NCBI GenBank assembly: GCA_938045545.1
Contig: CALIBN010000007.1
Location: 32,001 to 96,000 of the forward strand
Reading direction: 5' to 3'
DNA from: an uncultured archaeon
GTDB taxonomy: Archaea; Thermoproteota; EX4484-205; JAAOZP01
DNA length: 64,000 nucleotides
A program made the translations under genes and the position numbers. The notes below the pieces were generated by a model, which made no database searches, was not told the origin of the DNA, and saw nothing but the letters and a program-made list of their open reading frames with translations. This document shows positions 38,155-48,083 of this stretch, one piece after another (positions within the stretch are counted from its first letter, which is position 1; each line of letters opens with the position of its first letter).

Positions 38155-40073
38155 TGGAAGAGGCTGCACGTGAAAAAGAAGCTTTCATCCCTGGGCTGAC
38201 AATCGTATCGGTCTCCGCAGTATTGTTCGGGCTTGTGGTAATCGTGCCCGCAATAATCTATTTAGGCTGGGCCGTCGGCTCTTTAGGTGGGACCGAGAGG
38301 TTCATCCCGGTTTTCGTCACAATCCTCCTATTCACCGAGGCGGGGAGGCTCGTTAAGAGGTATATAACATCGCAGGAGGCTTACATAATATACTTCATGC
38401 TTCAAGCCATAGCCCTATGGTTCGTCGGCGGAGGAATGTTCGGCGATTTCCTTATAAGGTATTACTACAGGTCCGCCCCTTACACTATCCTATACGGTAT
38501 CGCTGAAAAGCTTCCCACATGGTATGTCCCTGAGCTCGGGAGCTACGGCCCACTCCACAGGACTTTCCTCTCCCCAGACTGGGTGATTCCGATATCGATT
38601 TCTCTAGCTGTTAACGTTTGCGTGCTGATGATAGATTACGGTGTTTCTTTCATAACAAACATGCTCTACATAGAGATAGAGAAGCTCCCATTCCCCGTCG
38701 CACCCATAGACTACCAGGCGATTTCAACCCTTACTGAGAGAACACCTGAGAAAATAATGTACTTCTCTTTCGCCGCTGTGATAAGCTTCATCTACGAGTT
38801 CGCCATCTATGGGATTCCAAACATAACCTCGATTTTCCTAGGCAGGGCTATAACCGTCATACCGTATCCCTGGGTGGACTTAACCACGGGGATTGAAAGA
38901 ATCCTGCCAGGAGCCGTTTTTGCAGTCGGAACTGATATTGCTCAATACATGGTGGGCTGGCTTATCCCGTTTAACGCCGCGGTATGGATGTTCATCGGGT
39001 CGGTGGCAGTCTGGGTTTTCGGAAACTCTATAGCGCTCAGGATTGACCATCCCTACTTCAGCATGTGGCAGAGAGAATGGACTTACGGCGCGTCAATCCA
39101 ATGGTGGTGGCAGAGAGCAATCTACGACCTGTGGGCAAGTCCACAAGTAGGTTTAACACTCGGGATCGCGCTTGGAATACTTGCTGTAGGAGCCAAAAAC
39201 ATTGCGCGAGCAATCCTCTCCCTCAGACATCTTTCGGCAGAGCAGCTTAAAACATCATACTTGCCTTTCAGCTGGATAGTTGCTTTAATCGCCGCCGGGT
39301 CTATAGGCGGGTTGCTTGTTTCAGTCTCCCTTGCCCCAGAACTATGGTTCGTCTGGGTGGTGACCTGGACGATAGTTCCGTTTATTCAAGGTATTCTGAC
39401 AGCCAGGGCCACTGCTGAAACCGGGTTATCTGTCACCATACCCTACATTAGGGAGGCGTTCTTCGTTTCTTTCACAAGGCCTGGAGACGTGGTCCCGTGG
39501 GTGGTTCCGACTCATGTGACAAGTAGCGCCGGGATAATTACGCACAGGGTCTACGTGGCTAAGCTCCTGAAAGTCAGGCCCCTGGACTACTACAAGGCCT
39601 ACCTCATATTCTTCATAGTAGCTATTCTCCTATCCCTGCTGTACGTTTCAATATTCTGGGCGATGACACCCATACCTTCTGCCTTCTACCCCTACGCCAG
39701 CTACTCCTGGCCTATTTCAGCCCTCTACTTCTCCCTATGGGTCTCCAGGTCGATCGAGATTTTCAAGGTGGACGTGATAGCTATCTCAAGCGTCTTATCC
39801 TTCATAATGGTCGTCGTCTCCTCCCGTTTCCCAACGCAATACTTCTCCCCAATAGGCTTCCTATACGGTTTTCAAAACATTCCCGCTTACACGCTTCCAC
39901 CGTTGATCGGAGCCCTGATCGGAAAATGGCTTGAGAGGAGAATGGGTAAGGATAAATGGGTGGTGCGGAGAGGAGTGATAATCGCCGGAACATTCTGCGG
40001 GATCGCGCTTGCAGTAGCAGCCGCTGTCGCCGTCACTATAATGGGGAGAGCGATAACAGCTAAACCTTTCTAG
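38154..40073 (+). CDS. OPT-superfamily-like permease, translationally coupled to the upstream fusion
   Basis: 639 aa polytopic; EKLPFP, PYPW.D.T and P.P...YP motifs; TAATG stop/start overlap at 38152-38156. Confidence 0.75.
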   Translation: MEEAAREKEAFIPGLTIVSVSAVLFGLVVIVPAIIYLGWAVGSLGGTERFIPVFVTILLFTEAGRLVKRYITSQEAYIIYFMLQAIALWFVGGGMFGDFLIRYYYRSAPYTILYGIAEKLPTWYVPELGSYGPLHRTFLSPDWVIPISISLAVNVCVLMIDYGVSFITNMLYIEIEKLPFPVAPIDYQAISTLTERTPEKIMYFSFAAVISFIYEFAIYGIPNITSIFLGRAITVIPYPWVDLTTGIERILPGAVFAVGTDIAQYMVGWLIPFNAAVWMFIGSVAVWVFGNSIALRIDHPYFSMWQREWTYGASIQWWWQRAIYDLWASPQVGLTLGIALGILAVGAKNIARAILSLRHLSAEQLKTSYLPFSWIVALIAAGSIGGLLVSVSLAPELWFVWVVTWTIVPFIQGILTARATAETGLSVTIPYIREAFFVSFTRPGDVVPWVVPTHVTSSAGIITHRVYVAKLLKVRPLDYYKAYLIFFIVAILLSLLYVSIFWAMTPIPSAFYPYASYSWPISALYFSLWVSRSIEIFKVDVIAISSVLSFIMVVVSSRFPTQYFSPIGFLYGFQNIPAYTLPPLIGALIGKWLERRMGKDKWVVRRGVIIAGTFCGIALAVAAAVAVTIMGRAITAKPF

Positions 40074-40075
40074 AG

Positions 40076-41125
40076 TTAGCGGCTGTGCTTATTTCCTTTT
40101 AGCGCGCCTATCTCGGAAGTATAGAGAATTAGTCGGTCTACCTCCGTGCTCCATCCAAGCTCCCTGGTGTGATTCGGATCCACCGCCTCAACCCATATTA
40201 GCCACCTGTCGCCCCTTATCTTGTCGAATAAGGCTTGAGCATAGGTGTGAATCGGGTACTCGGCGTGTTCGAAACGTGAAAGCGGCGTCCAAACTTTTTC
40301 GAAAATAGTTTCTAGATTAAGCCTTCCTAAATCAATACTGTAGGCGACAAAATGTTTGGTAAGCGCGTTTCCCCTTATCACGTCCAGCGTTTTCGTGCCG
40401 ATGAAAATCAGACCCGTTGAGCCTGGGATTATTGAGCCGCTGAGCAGGAAGAAGTCTGGTTGACTCTTGCCGTCAACAGTAGGTACTCCAAGCTTAACCC
40501 AGTTCTTCCCATCGCTACCGACAGCCAACGCCGTCTTCACGATGCTTGTGCCCGCCCTCCTAGCCTTGTAGAGGCAGAAGTATCTGCCATCAACTATGTC
40601 TATAGTGGCGTCTCTCGATTCTCCACTGTCGTATTCCTCGCTTCCTCTGATTACGAAGCCTTCAGGCTCCCATGGGCCGGAAGGGTCTTCCGAAGTAAGT
40701 AGGAAGGTTTCCCACCTGCTCTCTGTGAAAGCCTTCCCCTCGACAACCAAGTTCTCCCTTGAAACATTCAGCGAAAGATAAAGATGGTATCTCCCAGTCA
40801 AAGGGTCTTTTAAAAGCTGCTGGTTCTCTATGCTTAGAATCTGGTTTTCCGTCATCTTGCTCAACTCTTCCTTAGTAATCCATGTTACCAGACCATAATT
40901 CTCACCGTCCTTCGACCTGTATATTTCCACAGCGTACCCTCTCTTCATTTCCCTCATCTCCCTGGGCCTACTCGTCAACCAGTATTCCCTATTCTCCTCA
41001 TCGATCCACATTTTTCCAGCGCCGCACCAAGAGCCAGGGTTGAAATTGGGAGGGTCGAGGAGCACCTTGTTAAACCTTCTTTTGGAGAAGATGGCTTGAG
41101 GCGGGTATAGGCCATACCAGCTCAT
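40076..41125 (-). CDS. Hypothetical protein, probable beta-propeller glycosidase-like fold (GH32/43/117/130-like)
   Basis: Repeated aromatic beta strands, S.DG..Y/W, DPSGPW, RD..I..VDGRY...YK; no signal peptide. Confidence 0.5.
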   Translation of the reverse strand: MSWYGLYPPQAIFSKRRFNKVLLDPPNFNPGSWCGAGKMWIDEENREYWLTSRPREMREMKRGYAVEIYRSKDGENYGLVTWITKEELSKMTENQILSIENQQLLKDPLTGRYHLYLSLNVSRENLVVEGKAFTESRWETFLLTSEDPSGPWEPEGFVIRGSEEYDSGESRDATIDIVDGRYFCLYKARRAGTSIVKTALAVGSDGKNWVKLGVPTVDGKSQPDFFLLSGSIIPGSTGLIFIGTKTLDVIRGNALTKHFVAYSIDLGRLNLETIFEKVWTPLSRFEHAEYPIHTYAQALFDKIRGDRWLIWVEAVDPNHTRELGWSTEVDRLILYTSEIGALKGNKHSR

Positions 41126-41179
41126 AACAACACTGAGAAAAGAAGTGTTATTTAAGGCTTCGCCATTGTTTTCACTTTT

Positions 41180-42156
41180 CTATATTGCGGCTCGTAGTCT
41201 TTTCCACTCGTCTATGAAAGCCTGAACATTCTCCCATGGCCACTGCTCGCGGATAGAGGGTACTGCGTGAAGAATAAAGCCTCTTCGGCCGAAAACTTGG
41301 AAAGCATTCTGAACTGCTTTACGCACAGTCTCCAGCTTCCCCTGGCCTATTTGGATGGGTGCGCTAACACCCCCCAGATACACTTTCTACCGCCAAGCTT
41401 CTAAGCCACGATCCTCATGTCTTGGTTTCCAAGAGCCGGCTCGATGCCGTCATAAGCGTCGAAAGGGAGTTCAGCCAAATAGTCTAATATGGGCATCACG
41501 CCTGTGCAAACCGTGTAGCTGCAAACCCTGCCGGCGGAATGTGCCAGCTCAGCCTCCTCTCGCAACCTTTCCCCCAAAAAGGTTTGTAGCTGCCTAGGGC
41601 TCCAGAAATCCGTGGTCTCGTAGAAGCCGTTGCGGCGCACAATGTCCACACCATTTTCGACCAAGGCTCTAGCCTTCACCATTCTTTTCTGAAAGGCTTC
41701 AACCTCCCGCCTTCCTGGAGGCATGTGCACATAAGCCCAGCGCTTAACATCCTCCATGTTTTCAAGCCAAGGCTTAACGAAGCGGGAAACGTAAGTCTGA
41801 GAGTAGCGGTATTTCCATGCCATGTGGCCAATCAGGGGTTCTCCTTACAGCGGCGGTAAGAGGCACGGCGGGCGTCGTGATCCCTCGTGAAGAATGGGAT
41901 AGGGCTCACCCGGTGTCTCCCAAACCCTAAAAGATACTTCAGGATGCTGGCCCGCTGGAACATCCAAGGGTATAACAGGGTCGATGCCTAGCTCCTCTGC
42001 TTGTAACCGGAGTGCTTGCTCACCATAGGGATCTTGCTGTTGCCAGTCCCTATACTTACCAGGCTCAACCTGGGGCTCGCTGAAAAAAGTTGAGAGCGAC
42101 ACATAGTCCACATCCCCTCGGCGCATAGCTACTATCACGCGTTCACGAGAGTTCAT
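41180..42156 (-). pseudogene. URO-D/MtaA-family pseudogene
   Basis: Fragments MNSRERV..., TAAVRRTPDWPHG, VSRFVKPWL, GFYE..DFWSP, KLGGRKCIWG(G)V, GFIL; frameshifts near 41884, 41794 and in a G6 run at 41370-41375; in-frame TAG at 41401-41403. Confidence 0.8.
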
Positions 42157-42267
42157 CCATTTCTACCTAATTTACATCCAGCGACTTGCTTACACATATG
42201 TTTTTGAATCGTGTTCCTGATCAACTTTTAACGGGTATTCAAAAGGAGCACCGTATTAAACTCAGAT

Positions 42268-43398
42268 TTAGAATATGTCTTCCGCGTAGGCTACACCTGC
42301 CGCATGTATGCCCCATTCTCGATATTTTAAGCATGTGGCTGAGTAATAAGCCGTATAGATGGTTCCGTCATCAAGCTGGACACTACTTGGGTATCCGCAG
42401 TCAGCGTCTGTCGCATAAGAGACTAAGGCGGCTCTCCTGTTAAACATCCATGATCGGCCGCCGTCGAGGCTTATCACCGCATGAACCCCGTAAGGTACCT
42501 TCCGGTGTCCAAAGGTTAGCAAAACCTTCCCGCTCTTAAGGTAACAAAGGTCCCCGGGGTGTTCACCGCCACCAGTCACCTGTTTAGGCTCAGACCATGT
42601 GTAACCCATGTCTCGAGAGCGACTGATGGCAACGCATTCGCCGCCACCCTGAGCATGGGGTCCGCGGAGGGCTGCCAACAAGTCTCCATCGGGTAATTGT
42701 AGAAGAGCGGTTTCATTATATCCTTTAGCGACGATGGTTAAATCCTTCCATGTGAAACCATTGTCCTCGGAGCGTAGAATATAGCTGGTCTCTATCGAGC
42801 CTTCTAAAGTATATTCTTGAGAGTAAACAGACATAAGAATAGTTCCATCATCCGTCTGAAGCATTCTCCCATAGGGTGAAACCGCCCCTTTAAACGGAAA
42901 CTCCAGCGGCTCTGGCTTACTCCACTCCCTACCACCGTTGGTCGACCTCGTTACGAACATTTGCCACCTCATCCCATTCCTCTTCCACAACCCATTCTCA
43001 TAACCCCAGACTCTTGCAAAGGCAACCAGCAGAGTACCGTCCTTCAATTGACATAGCGCCGGATTCCTATCGTCAGTCTGAGAAACAGTTACGATTCTTG
43101 GCATTGTCCATGTCTTACCCCCGTCTTTAGATAACGAGAGTTCCAAGCGGCCTCGTTGACCAACATGGTAATCCCCCATGCGGAAGACAACCGCTAGGTT
43201 TCCGTCACGGAGTTTAGTCAAAACCGGGAAATATCCACCCATAGGAGTTATAAGATATCTTCTAACCCGCTTAAGGGAACCAACCATCGCCTCATCGCAA
43301 AACTGCATTCCATACTCGAACTCCTCATCGGCTTTCATGTTTTTCCACGGCCCACCGTTTTTCCATATGCGGGCATTCTTATTAATTTTGATGTTCAT
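42268..43398 (-). CDS. BNR/Asp-box sialidase-like beta-propeller glycosidase
   Basis: Five Asp-boxes (SKDGGKTW, STNGGREW, SEDNGFTW, SRDMGYTW, SLDGGRSW), DDRNP, NET, GYPSSV. Confidence 0.82.
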   Translation of the reverse strand: MNIKINKNARIWKNGGPWKNMKADEEFEYGMQFCDEAMVGSLKRVRRYLITPMGGYFPVLTKLRDGNLAVVFRMGDYHVGQRGRLELSLSKDGGKTWTMPRIVTVSQTDDRNPALCQLKDGTLLVAFARVWGYENGLWKRNGMRWQMFVTRSTNGGREWSKPEPLEFPFKGAVSPYGRMLQTDDGTILMSVYSQEYTLEGSIETSYILRSEDNGFTWKDLTIVAKGYNETALLQLPDGDLLAALRGPHAQGGGECVAISRSRDMGYTWSEPKQVTGGGEHPGDLCYLKSGKVLLTFGHRKVPYGVHAVISLDGGRSWMFNRRAALVSYATDADCGYPSSVQLDDGTIYTAYYSATCLKYREWGIHAAGVAYAEDIF

Positions 43399-43535
43399 GC
43401 TTGCGGGATAAGTATCACCATTGCCATTCGTATCCGCGTGCTAGCTGTGTAGGTGAGCTTTTCCTCACTATAGTCGCAGAATGTTAACGCAAGAAACTAG
43501 GAATTTAAGGTTGTTTTTCACACGCATCAAACGTT

Positions 43536-44384
43536 TTATTCTGCCCTAACCAATAACACTATGGTTTGAGGCCCGATTTGGAGTGCTAATGCCTTTAGTT
43601 TTTCTCTACAGTAAAACGGAGAATAAATTATCGTCATGTTTCCCTGCTTTAAAACATACTGTGCGAATTCTCCACCATCCCGGGTCCAAGGCAGAATAGG
43701 GATTATCTCAAACGATCCATCCTCATACTCCACTTTAACCCCGGCGGAGAACATCTCAACCTCAGATACGGGTGTATTACCGTAAAAACATTCATGGAGG
43801 CGGAGTATTGTTGGCGCAAGGTAGGTGAAGACTACTCCTCTGAAGACTATTTTCGTACCGTTCTCCAGCTCGCTCGCCGTTACCAGCAGGTATCTGAACC
43901 TTAAGCCTCCCACTGTAACAAAATCTTCTGAAAGATCCAGGTTTTCGTAAAGCGGTATTTGCCTTGACGCAACCCGATGAATCTCAGGGATCGTCACCGC
44001 TGATAGCAGGACAACGATTACAGCTAAACTTAGAATATTAAGCATCCTACTCTTTCTTACACTCATCTGTTCAACGAGCTGTGTAAACCGTAAAGCCTCC
44101 CTCCCATCGTCACTTATCACATACTTTCCATAGGCGTCCTGTTTCACAAGGTCTCTCAGCCTCTCTAAGTGGTACTGAAGATGGCCACTGCTCTCCATCC
44201 CCAGAGCCTTTTTAAGCTCCGAAAAGCCCATGGGTTCCTGCCGAAGAACCTTCAATATCCTTATCCTCACGGGATGCGCGAGAACGTCGAAGAGCTCAGC
44301 CCTTCTTATAGAATCATCCCTCTCCATTGATTCCGAATGTTTCACACATGATTTAAGGCTTTTCAAGTCTAAAATTCTGGACAA
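43536..44384 (-). CDS. Membrane-anchored ArsR-type winged-HTH regulator with C-terminal extracytoplasmic domain
   Basis: F..LAHP.R..IL..L....M.FSELK..LG..S.G.L.YHL..L, one TM (LSLAVIVVLLSAVTI), about 140-aa C-terminal domain. Confidence 0.8.
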   Translation of the reverse strand: MSRILDLKSLKSCVKHSESMERDDSIRRAELFDVLAHPVRIRILKVLRQEPMGFSELKKALGMESSGHLQYHLERLRDLVKQDAYGKYVISDDGREALRFTQLVEQMSVRKSRMLNILSLAVIVVLLSAVTIPEIHRVASRQIPLYENLDLSEDFVTVGGLRFRYLLVTASELENGTKIVFRGVVFTYLAPTILRLHECFYGNTPVSEVEMFSAGVKVEYEDGSFEIIPILPWTRDGGEFAQYVLKQGNMTIIYSPFYCREKLKALALQIGPQTIVLLVRAE

Positions 44385-44452
44385 GCAGGAATATAGATAC
44401 CTGATTAGGTCTAGAAGAGAGGCATTATATATGCACTTCTAAATACTCCTTA

Positions 44453-45181
44453 ATGGAAGGAGGTGAGAAGATGAGAACAGTAAAAGTGCTGTCTAGGAGA
44501 AGTTCTACTATCTTAAGTTTTGCTCTAATTTCCTTTCTCGCGGCAATAGTGCTGTTACAGGGTAAGGTGAGGAGTCAAGCGGCCGGTCCAGAAAAATTAA
44601 TCCCGATCAATATTCAAGCAATAAAGCTCGAGAATCCTACAAACGATCCGTACAAATGGCCCCCTCCGTTCGTAAGGGAAATCATGTTGGATGACGGAAG
44701 AGTATTGAAAGTTAACCTCTGGGGCTTCATCCTCAGGGCTACAGGGCAACTTATTAAAGAGGAGGGGTATTTCTGGATCGCATCTTGGAAGTTCATGTAT
44801 ATTGCCGGATCCCCTAAAGGTTCAAGCTCCGCGAAAGCCACCCTTCATTTCACATTCTTGACCTTTGAGAGGCCGGAGCCATCTTCAATAGGCGAACCAA
44901 TCGGAGGAGTGCTTTCTCCTCGAGAGGCCCGCCTACATGGCGGTTTCTATGAACCGGCGGGTGCACCGATATGGGTAACAATCACGTGGGAACCGGCGGA
45001 CAGGCCAATAATAGTATCTACCTACTGCGCCGAAACCAGAAGAGGGCAAGGCTATCAAATCACTGGAGGTAGCTGGACCGGAAACCTGACGGTACTCGAC
45101 TCGGGAATCAACTATGTTGTAGTGGGGAACCCAAATGACGATGTCACTATAACGTATTCAGGCGAGTTAATCTGGCCATAA
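44453..45181 (+). CDS. Hypothetical exported or membrane-anchored beta-rich protein (start possibly 44471)
   Basis: Basic N-terminus plus hydrophobic helix; GGAGGTGA before the ATG at 44471; TTATATAT at 44425-44432; pyrimidine-rich tract after the stop. Confidence 0.65.
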   Translation: MEGGEKMRTVKVLSRRSSTILSFALISFLAAIVLLQGKVRSQAAGPEKLIPINIQAIKLENPTNDPYKWPPPFVREIMLDDGRVLKVNLWGFILRATGQLIKEEGYFWIASWKFMYIAGSPKGSSSAKATLHFTFLTFERPEPSSIGEPIGGVLSPREARLHGGFYEPAGAPIWVTITWEPADRPIIVSTYCAETRRGQGYQITGGSWTGNLTVLDSGINYVVVGNPNDDVTITYSGELIWP

Positions 45182-45706
45182 TCCAACTCTATACTCAATC
45201 TCCTCTCTCTTATTTTTCCGCTTCGCTGTTTTAAACACGACATTCTCTTAATAAATTTGAGACCATGTTTATGGAATAAGTATCAGCGTCATCCCTTATA
45301 TTCTGTCAGGCGATATGCGCTAAATAGTGATGCAGCGCACCTATACGATTGCTGCCCCTTCTTGAGAGAAATGTTCATGATGTTTCCTATGACCTTTGGC
45401 ATCGATCTGCATAGACAGTTATTGCCGCGAAGAGTCAGGGGCCTCTTACTGAAGCCAAAAATATGAATAGGGCAGAAATATTTCACTTCTTTCCAATTTC
45501 AGAGGAAACTGAATGCAATTTTGAAATCAAGAATGAGTTAAACGCTTCCCTACTGGATTTTAGATTTAGCTGATGAAGTTACAGGCCTCATAAAACTTCG
45601 AGAGAGGCTTAAATACATGAGGCTTGAATGATGCTGGACAAACAAATTCAAATATTGGAAAATGACAGATGAAATAAAAATGAAGGCATGAGGTTTAGGA
45701 AGGTCT

Positions 45707-46804
45707 TTACGTATATTCTCCGTATTTTCTGATCAGCTTTATGTATTCTTGAAATGCGCTGAAAGAAACATCAGGCGGCACACTGTGGTCTGAACATGCT
45801 ATGTATCCCCCGCCTTTTTTTGCGACGGGTATCTTGCGGGATATTTCAACCTCAATCTCCTTGGGGTTGCCAATCTTCCTTGCATCGAGGTTTCCAATGA
45901 AGGAAAGGGTCTTCCCATATTTCTCTTTCAGCTCGACAACATCCATTCCCGCCTTAACTTCCATCGGCTGTAAGGCCGTGAAACCAGCTTCGATCAATTT
46001 CGGGATCAACAGGTTCACGTTGCCGTCAGTATGCAATATGGTCGGCATATTCCTCACCCTATAGGCAGAGGTCATTTGAGCATGCGCCGGCTTCACGAAC
46101 TCGTCGTAAACCTTCGGGGAGAAGAACGGCCCCTTGTTGTAACCTATATCGTCCCAAACCCACAGTCCGTCAACTCCTAGCTTAAGATAGGTTTCCACGA
46201 TCCTTGAGAAATACTGGCCCAAATGTCTGAAAATATACTTAACGAGGTCCGGATCCCTGTGGATCGCGACTAACACCTTGTCCACGCTTTCCCCAAGTAT
46301 ATGTCTAGTTGCTTCAAAAGGGCCTATTATCGAGCAGAATACGGCGTAATGCTCCTTCAACCTCCTTATGCCTTCCTCAAGCTCCCTCTTAAACGGGTAT
46401 CTGCTGCTTGAAACCCTGATTGGCAGCTCAGGGTCTAACAGGGGCTCAAGCTTCTCTTTAAAATCCTCAATCGTCGAGACCGATGGTGGTCCAGCGGGAT
46501 GAGGCGTACCGCTCCTACCGATCCAAGCCTTCACCCTCACGCCCCAGGAATCTATGTATGTTCGAAACTTATCATTCTCTTCGAGTATGATGGTGTCATA
46601 CTTAGGACTTACATCCGGACCTATTAGGTAGATATCGTAGCCAAAATAATCATGTAAGGAAACTCCTCTAGGCAGGCCCTCGCTATACCATCTCTCCAGG
46701 GTTTCGCCCCATGGGAAATCTATGAAGGGAACCCTGTCTGCCTCCTCGTGGTTTAACACTCTTAACACCCGTTCCCTCGAATCCATGTTTTTCAAAAATC
46801 CCAC
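45707..46804 (-). CDS. URO-D / MtaA-CmuA methyltransferase-family protein
   Basis: MDSRERV...NHEEADRVP, D.WG, GPFE, WDD.GY..GPF.SP, HTDGN, LQP.E..AGMD, GN.D, GGGYI..SDHSVP. Confidence 0.88.
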   Translation of the reverse strand: MGFLKNMDSRERVLRVLNHEEADRVPFIDFPWGETLERWYSEGLPRGVSLHDYFGYDIYLIGPDVSPKYDTIILEENDKFRTYIDSWGVRVKAWIGRSGTPHPAGPPSVSTIEDFKEKLEPLLDPELPIRVSSSRYPFKRELEEGIRRLKEHYAVFCSIIGPFEATRHILGESVDKVLVAIHRDPDLVKYIFRHLGQYFSRIVETYLKLGVDGLWVWDDIGYNKGPFFSPKVYDEFVKPAHAQMTSAYRVRNMPTILHTDGNVNLLIPKLIEAGFTALQPMEVKAGMDVVELKEKYGKTLSFIGNLDARKIGNPKEIEVEISRKIPVAKKGGGYIACSDHSVPPDVSFSAFQEYIKLIRKYGEYT

Positions 46805-46854
46805 TTATTACTTAAATCTATCCCCTAAGACAAAAAGGGATGAGCCACATGTTC

Positions 46855-48042
46855 TCAAGCGGCTTTTCTAACTAGTAAAAACAATAGGGTTGAGAGCAGT
46901 GTTAAAAAGCTGGCTGCGTAAAATATGGATGCCGGCCCAAGGCTTTCCCAGAGAAGGCCTCCCAGTATTCCTCCAAAAACCCCACCCAAACCATTGCTTA
47001 ACTCTATGAATCCCATTGCTTCCCCAAGGTTTTCACCGTGGCAAATCTCTGCTGTGAGAGTCCTCCTGGCGGGGAGGTCCATAGCCCCTACGAGACCGAA
47101 AACAAAAACGTAAAGCCCCATGGATGTAAAACTATCTGATAAAGCGAGAATAATCCAGGTTGGCGAGGATGCTGCCAGATGCGTCAACATCATTCTCCAG
47201 CTTCCCTTTCTTGTTGTGACCCATGCCCAGGGAAGGAAGCCGGCCGCCAGCCCAATGTTCCAAATCGAGATGACCATTCCGACTCCCGCCATGTCTAACC
47301 CAACGATTCTCTGGGCGAAAAGACTGATGTATGGGGAGATCATGAAGAAACCCAGTTCGTGAAAGAAGATTGAGCAACCGTAGAAGATTAGCCGTGGATT
47401 CTGCCTAAGCATGTGTAACGTTGTTCTAATGTCGACTGAGCTCGCTAAAACTTTCAGCCTGTTTCCAGGGGATCTGCCTGTTCCTCCAGCAATATAGAGA
47501 GAATAAATCGGGATGGATAAGAGAAAAAATATTGAGGCGGTAAAAAACGGGAGTTCTACTGTAAAGATTTTTGAAAGCCAGCCTGCTAAAAATGAGCTTA
47601 GCGACGACCCGGCTAGGGTTGCAAGATAGAAAACTGCGAAGAAGAGTGGAGCCTTAGAGGATTCCGTGCTTTCAAATATTAGGGCACTATTGTTAGGCGT
47701 GAATAAGGCTGTCGAAAAACCGATTAGAATATAGAGTGATAAGGCTGTGAAAATGTTTGCTGCGAAATACACCAGTATGCATGCTACGGCGCCCAGAATA
47801 CTGGAAACTATGAGTGGGGTACGTCTACCGGTGAAGTCGGAGAGTCTGCCGAACGGCATGGAGGTGAAACTGATGATGCCCCAGCTGACTGAGTTTAATG
47901 CACCTATTTGACTCGGAGAGACCCCCTTGCTGTTGAAAAATGGGGAGGCTATAGCCCCCTGCATTGAGGAGGCTGCCTGATGGAGCAGGCCGCCTGCAAG
48001 AACACCTTTGAAATCCCTGTTTCTCCCTTCTTTCAAACCCAT
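46855..48042 (-). CDS. MFS transporter
   Basis: About 12 TM; GRLSDFTGRR motif A. Confidence 0.88.
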   Translation of the reverse strand: MGLKEGRNRDFKGVLAGGLLHQAASSMQGAIASPFFNSKGVSPSQIGALNSVSWGIISFTSMPFGRLSDFTGRRTPLIVSSILGAVACILVYFAANIFTALSLYILIGFSTALFTPNNSALIFESTESSKAPLFFAVFYLATLAGSSLSSFLAGWLSKIFTVELPFFTASIFFLLSIPIYSLYIAGGTGRSPGNRLKVLASSVDIRTTLHMLRQNPRLIFYGCSIFFHELGFFMISPYISLFAQRIVGLDMAGVGMVISIWNIGLAAGFLPWAWVTTRKGSWRMMLTHLAASSPTWIILALSDSFTSMGLYVFVFGLVGAMDLPARRTLTAEICHGENLGEAMGFIELSNGLGGVFGGILGGLLWESLGPASIFYAASFLTLLSTLLFLLVRKAA

Positions 48043-48083
48043 TGAGGAGATCCCGTCTAATCCTTTTTTAAATTTTAAAACTT

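Noticed and set aside
41401-41403. In-frame TAG in a methyltransferase-family gene as possible pyrrolysine
   Set aside because: The same gene has three frameshifts and a probable deletion, URO-D/MtaA proteins are not known Pyl proteins, and no pyl genes are in the window.
45200-45700. 500-bp gap with short ORFs (45257-45466, 45289-45486) and a coding-like tail TLPYWILDLADEVTGLIKLRERLKYMRLE
   Set aside because: No recognisable family; it may be another relic but I cannot support a call without a search.
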